A stretch of DNA of 63,768 bases, filler included, from Reclinomonas americana ATCC 50394 (taxonomy: Eukaryota): NCBI GenBank assembly GCA_048213135.1. It is 6 parts of 4 records of this genome, joined end to end, with 100 filler letters (N's around TTAATTAATTAA, not from the genome) between each part and the next. Parts side by side here need not be neighbours in the genome. Positions count along the whole stretch, not along the records: positions 58,275 to 61,684 come from PS015247.1; positions 61,785 to 63,768 come from PS015250.1; 4 more parts are not named here. One strand, written 5' to 3'. Position 1 is the first letter of the stretch. Each line of letters opens with the position of its first letter. The notes beneath the pieces are model-generated. The model saw only the letters and a program-made list of their open reading frames with translations, did no database searches and was not told the DNA's origin. Shown piece by piece: positions 59,853 through 63,768 of this stretch. A program made the position numbers and the translations under genes.

Positions 59853-60944
59853 TCACAGGCGGAGGCTAGAGCAACGATGAACGATGACGGCCGCCTCTTC
59901 GACAACGAAGCAGCGCAGCACCATCTCTGGCAGACACCGCGAATCCCATTCAGCATCCTCCTGTTCCTGCTCCTCTTTCATCACACGCTGCATTTCCTGC
60001 ACTGCTTGCATGGCAGAGCGCGCAAGATGGAGCTCCTGCTGCGCGAGGCCGAATGGTGTGGACCACACCCGCACGGTCTTATCATCGCCTCCGCCCACAA
60101 TGCGTTGACCATCGGGGGCGACAGCAACAGACCTCACCCAGTGAGCGAATTCCTCCAATCGTTGCACTTCGTCACCACTGGCGAGCGACCACACTCGCAC
60201 GGTGTTGTCGAAGCTGCCGCTGACAACATGTTGACCATCAGGAGTGACGGCGACAGACCGCACTAGCTCACCGTGCCCCTCCATTCGTCGCACTTCCTCG
60301 CCGCTCGCCAGTGACCACACTCGCACTGTGGCGTCGTCGCCTCCACTCACAATGCGTTGGCCATCGGGGGTGACAGCAACGGACCACACCCTGCTGAAGT
60401 GTCCCTTCAATCGTTGCACTTTCCTCCCACTCGCCAGTGACCACACTCGCACGGTTTTGTCGAAGCTACCACTCACAACGTGCTGACCATCGGGAGTGAC
60501 GGCCACAGAGCTCACGCAGCCATCGTGTACCTCCAATCGTTGCACCTCTTCCCCGCTCGCCAGTGACCACACTCGCATTGTCCAGTCGTCGCTCCCACAA
60601 ACAACGTGCTGACCATCAGGAGTGATGGCGACTGAAAACACCCAACCAGTGTGACTCTCCAGCCGTCGCACTTCCTGGCCACTGGCCAGCGACCACACAC
60701 GCACCGTCTTGTCGCTGCTCCCACTCACAACATGCAGACCATCGGGAGTGATGGCAACAGATAATATCCCCTGTGTGTGCCCCTCCAATCGTCGCACTTC
60801 CTGGCCACTCGCCAGCGACCACACCCGAATGGATTTATCCGCACTTCCACTGATAATGTGCTGGCCGTCGGGAGTAACGGCAACGGAAGAGACTGCATGT
60901 GTGTGTCCACGCAAACACTTGCACACGAGAGCGGCGGAGGTCAT
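59853..60944 (-). CDS. Intronless seven-repeat WD40 protein with short helical C-terminal tail (363 aa)
   Basis: ATG 60944 (conserved in the paralogue), seven 42-aa near-identical repeats, then STPFGLAQQELHLARSAMQAVQEMQR...WDSRCLPEMVLRCFVVEEAAVIVHRCSSLRL-TGA. Confidence 0.92.
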   Translation of the reverse strand: MTSAALVCKCLRGHTHAVSSVAVTPDGQHIISGSADKSIRVWSLASGQEVRRLEGHTQGILSVAITPDGLHVVSGSSDKTVRVWSLASGQEVRRLESHTGWVFSVAITPDGQHVVCGSDDWTMRVWSLASGEEVQRLEVHDGCVSSVAVTPDGQHVVSGSFDKTVRVWSLASGRKVQRLKGHFSRVWSVAVTPDGQRIVSGGDDATVRVWSLASGEEVRRMEGHGELVRSVAVTPDGQHVVSGSFDNTVRVWSLASGDEVQRLEEFAHWVRSVAVAPDGQRIVGGGDDKTVRVWSTPFGLAQQELHLARSAMQAVQEMQRVMKEEQEQEDAEWDSRCLPEMVLRCFVVEEAAVIVHRCSSLRL

Positions 60945-61111
60945 GATGCGTGAGCGTGGGGACCGAGGGGAGGAGTGACAGAGAAGCGACGGACGAAGGA
61001 CGTGTGAAGTGGTCGTGAAGGTGCCATCACGCACTTCTTCATTATAGCGCAGCACGCATAACGATACGCACAACAACACAACACAACACAACAGGAAAAC
61101 AAAAAAGCAAA

Positions 61112-61684
61112 TCACAGACGGAGGCTAGAGCAACGATGAACGACGACGGCCGCCTCTTCGACAATGAAGCAGCGCAGCACCATCTCTGGCAGACAACGCG
61201 AATCCCATTCAGCATCCTCCTGTTCCTGCTCCGCGCTCATCCGGCGCTGCATTTCCTGCACTGCTTGCATGACGGAGCGCGCAAGATGGAACTCCTGCTG
61301 CGCGAGGCCGAATGGTGTGGACCACACCTGCACGGTCCTATCCCCACCCCCACTCACTATTTGCTGGCCATCGGGGGTGACAGCTACAGACGACACCCAC
61401 GCAGTGTGTCCTTCCAGCCGTCGCACTCGGCGCCCCCGCGACAGTGGCCACAATTGCACTGAGTAGTCCTGACTCCCACTCACGATGTGCTGACCATCGG
61501 GAGTGACGGCGACAGAAAAAATCCATCCCCCAGGCGCGTCGAAGTGCCGCACCTCTCTTCCGCTCGCTAGCGACCACATTCGCACTGTTCTACTACGACA
61601 GCCACTCACAGCGACAGCAACACAGCAAACCACATTCTCGTGTCCCTCAAACCGACGCACCTCTTTCCCGCGTGCTATGGACCA
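61112..61684 (-). CDS. WD40-repeat paralogue, C-terminal part (5' end in gap)
   Basis: Three more diverged WD repeats, one with an internal deletion, and a nearly identical C-terminal tail. Confidence 0.8.
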   Translation of the reverse strand, partial: WSIARGKEVRRFEGHENVVCCVAVAVSGCRSRTVRMWSLASGREVRHFDAPGGWIFSVAVTPDGQHIVSGSQDYSVQLWPLSRGRRVRRLEGHTAWVSSVAVTPDGQQIVSGGGDRTVQVWSTPFGLAQQEFHLARSVMQAVQEMQRRMSAEQEQEDAEWDSRCLPEMVLRCFIVEEAAVVVHRCSSLRL

Positions 61685-61785
61685 NNNNNNNNNNNNNNNN
61701 NNNNNNNNNNNNNNNNNNNNNNNNNNNNTTAATTAATTAANNNNNNNNNNNNNNNNNNNNNNNNNNNNNNNNNNNNNNNNNNNNC

Positions 61786-61849
<64 letters not shown>

Positions 61850-62004
61850 CTCTCTCTCTTTCTCTTTCTCTTTCTCTCTCTCATTCTACCTCTCTTTCGT
61901 CGACGCCCTCCTATTTCTTGTCGCCCGAAATCATCCCTTACTCTCTAACTCTCTCTCTCCCGTCATTTCCTCTTCACGCCCTCTTCCCTTCGCAGCAAAG
62001 TTAC

Positions 62005-63540
62005 TCACCGATCTGGAACGTTCTTCGTGCAGAGCTGTTCGATATCGTACTCGCGGGCGGCGAACTTTGCCGTGAATCGTGCCATGTAGTCCACAAAGAG
62101 CACGCCGAGAGCCTTGGGGAGCACCTTGTACATCATCTCGTCAAGCATGATGATTCGCCGTCGCTTGCTGCATGTCGCCAGCTTTAGTATTTCAGCAGCT
62201 AGGGAGTTGGCAAGCACGATGGCGCCTGTAACGCACCTGAGGAACTTGGAGTGCATCTTGGAGCCCAAGTTTTCGGTCAACAACTTCTTTTCTTCTTCCG
62301 CAGCTAGCAGTGACCGCTGTAGATCAACCAGCTTCTGCTGCAGCTCGGTGACAATAGGTGCCACCGCCGCTCCTTGCGTGGCTTCAAGCTCGGTGAGTCG
62401 TCGTTCACGTTCCTCTCGTTCGGTCTGCGCCAGCCTGCGCTGCGTCTCGATTGCCGACTCCAGCAGCTCAATCTGTTGTTGAGCTTGTCTCTGTTGTTGA
62501 TCCCTCATCTCCAGCTGTCGGCGGAGTTCCTCTACTACTGCGGGGTCTTCTTGTTGCAATCCCACGTGTGTCGGCTGCAGACGAGGACGCAAATACAGGT
62601 GAGCGCTGGTCAGACGGTAACAATTCGAGGGGAGTGAGACGGACAAACCTGGCTGCTGCTGTATTGCAGGCTTGAAGAGCCAGCTGTGCCAGGGAATACG
62701 AGCACGCAAACCAAGAACACACAGAGCGAGAGCGAAAGGGCACGAGAGAGACAGAAAGGAAGAGAAAGAGAGCATGAGAGAGAAGTGTGCGAACGCACAA
62801 CAGGCCATACAGAAATACAGTCAAAGAGGCACACACACATTCACCCAAACACAGATAGACAGAGATACACACAAACATACACCGACACACCCATACAGCA
62901 ATCAAACACGAATGTAGTGTGAGCAAGAATGTATACAAGCCCAGCACACTCGATTCACGCACCTCCCGCAGATCTGGTGGGCGATCGTGGTCGCAAGCGC
63001 GGAGCACGCCGCTCGAGCTGCTGCACGACATTGAGATGCCCTTTCCTCCGCGCCACTTGCACAGGCGTGTTGCCATCGCCGTCGATTCGGTCGATGAGAT
63101 CCGGGTACTTGTCGGCGAGTTGAATGGCGACTCGCACGTGCCCGCGAGTGGCTGCACAGTGCAGTGCGGTGGAGCCGCGAACACAGTCCTGCAGGGGGCT
63201 CGAGGTGACGGCAAACGCCGCGTCGCGGGAGCAGCGCTGGGTGTCCTCCAGCAACCAGTCCACCACCGAATGCACGCCATACGTGGCGGCAGCCATGAGC
63301 GGCGTCCAGTTGCCGTTGCCCAACGTGGCGGCGAGCTGCCGTCCCATTCCACTGTCGCGCCACAGGTACTCCAACACCGGAATGTGGCTGCGACGAGCGG
63401 CTGCATGGAAGCACGTGCACTTATCGTCGTCGCGTTCCGTGTCGGCCAGCAGAATGGCGGCGCCCTCATTGTCCACCAGTGTACGCAGCGCCGCCACGTC
63501 GCCACGCTGCGCAATGCGCCATGCCTTTTCACGAACTGAG
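62005..63540 (-). CDS. Diverged ankyrin / coiled-coil paralogue with a different downstream domain, partial at both ends
   Basis: VREKAWRIAQRGDVAALRTLVDNEGA..., VLEYLWRDSGMGRQLA, WTPLMAAATYG, STALHCAATRGH and PRSP match the family ANK exon. Then come a small exon, a coil, and a helical segment ending at a GTGAGT donor near 62008. Confidence 0.78.
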
Positions 63541-63768
63541 AGGAGGAGAAGGGGGTGAGGAGAAGGGGGAAGAGAGAGAGACAAGGCAAAAGGAAGAGGA
63601 GAATAGGAGAGAGAGAAAGACACGGTAAAGGGAGGAGAACAACAGAGAGAGAGAGAGAGAGAGAAAGACAATACAAAGGAAGAGGAGAAGGGGAGAGAGA
63701 CAAGGCAAAGGAAGAGGAAAAGGGGAGAAAGACACCGTAAACGGAACCGAGACTGAGAAAGACAAGGC

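Overview
Draft-assembly window (many N gaps, five artificial TTAATTAATTAA contig spacers, 454-type noise) from an intron-rich, microsatellite-rich microbial eukaryote. Genes use GT-AG spliceosomal introns and are consistent with the standard genetic code. Most ORF-track entries are exon pieces or low-complexity noise, so I assembled genes by hand from splice sites and reading-frame phase. Recognisable content: a ZC2HC1-type C2HC zinc-finger gene; five copies of an ankyrin-repeat / coiled-coil / RLK-Pelle(IRAK)-type kinase gene (four intact-looking, one with a destroyed kinase) plus a diverged ANK-coil paralogue; a duplicated 4-TM gene; an 8-kb gene carrying six tandem copies of an unrecognised ~190-aa domain; a spliced gene for the stand-alone P1 subunit of glycine decarboxylase (bacterial split gcvPA type); two small secreted coil + Cys-rich proteins; an ADD + PHD-C5HCH + AT-hook chromatin reader with a triplicated 5' end; and a tandem array of intronless WD40 genes. 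The strongest signal is in the ANK-kinase paralogues. They are near-identical in scaffold, introns and kinase but differ mostly at the ankyrin binding-surface positions, and the WD40 repeats vary in the same way at top-face positions. I infer a diversified intracellular sensor repertoire (candidate innate-immune or non-self recognition system); function is not shown by the sequence. No rRNA, tRNA, CRISPR array or autonomous transposon could be supported.
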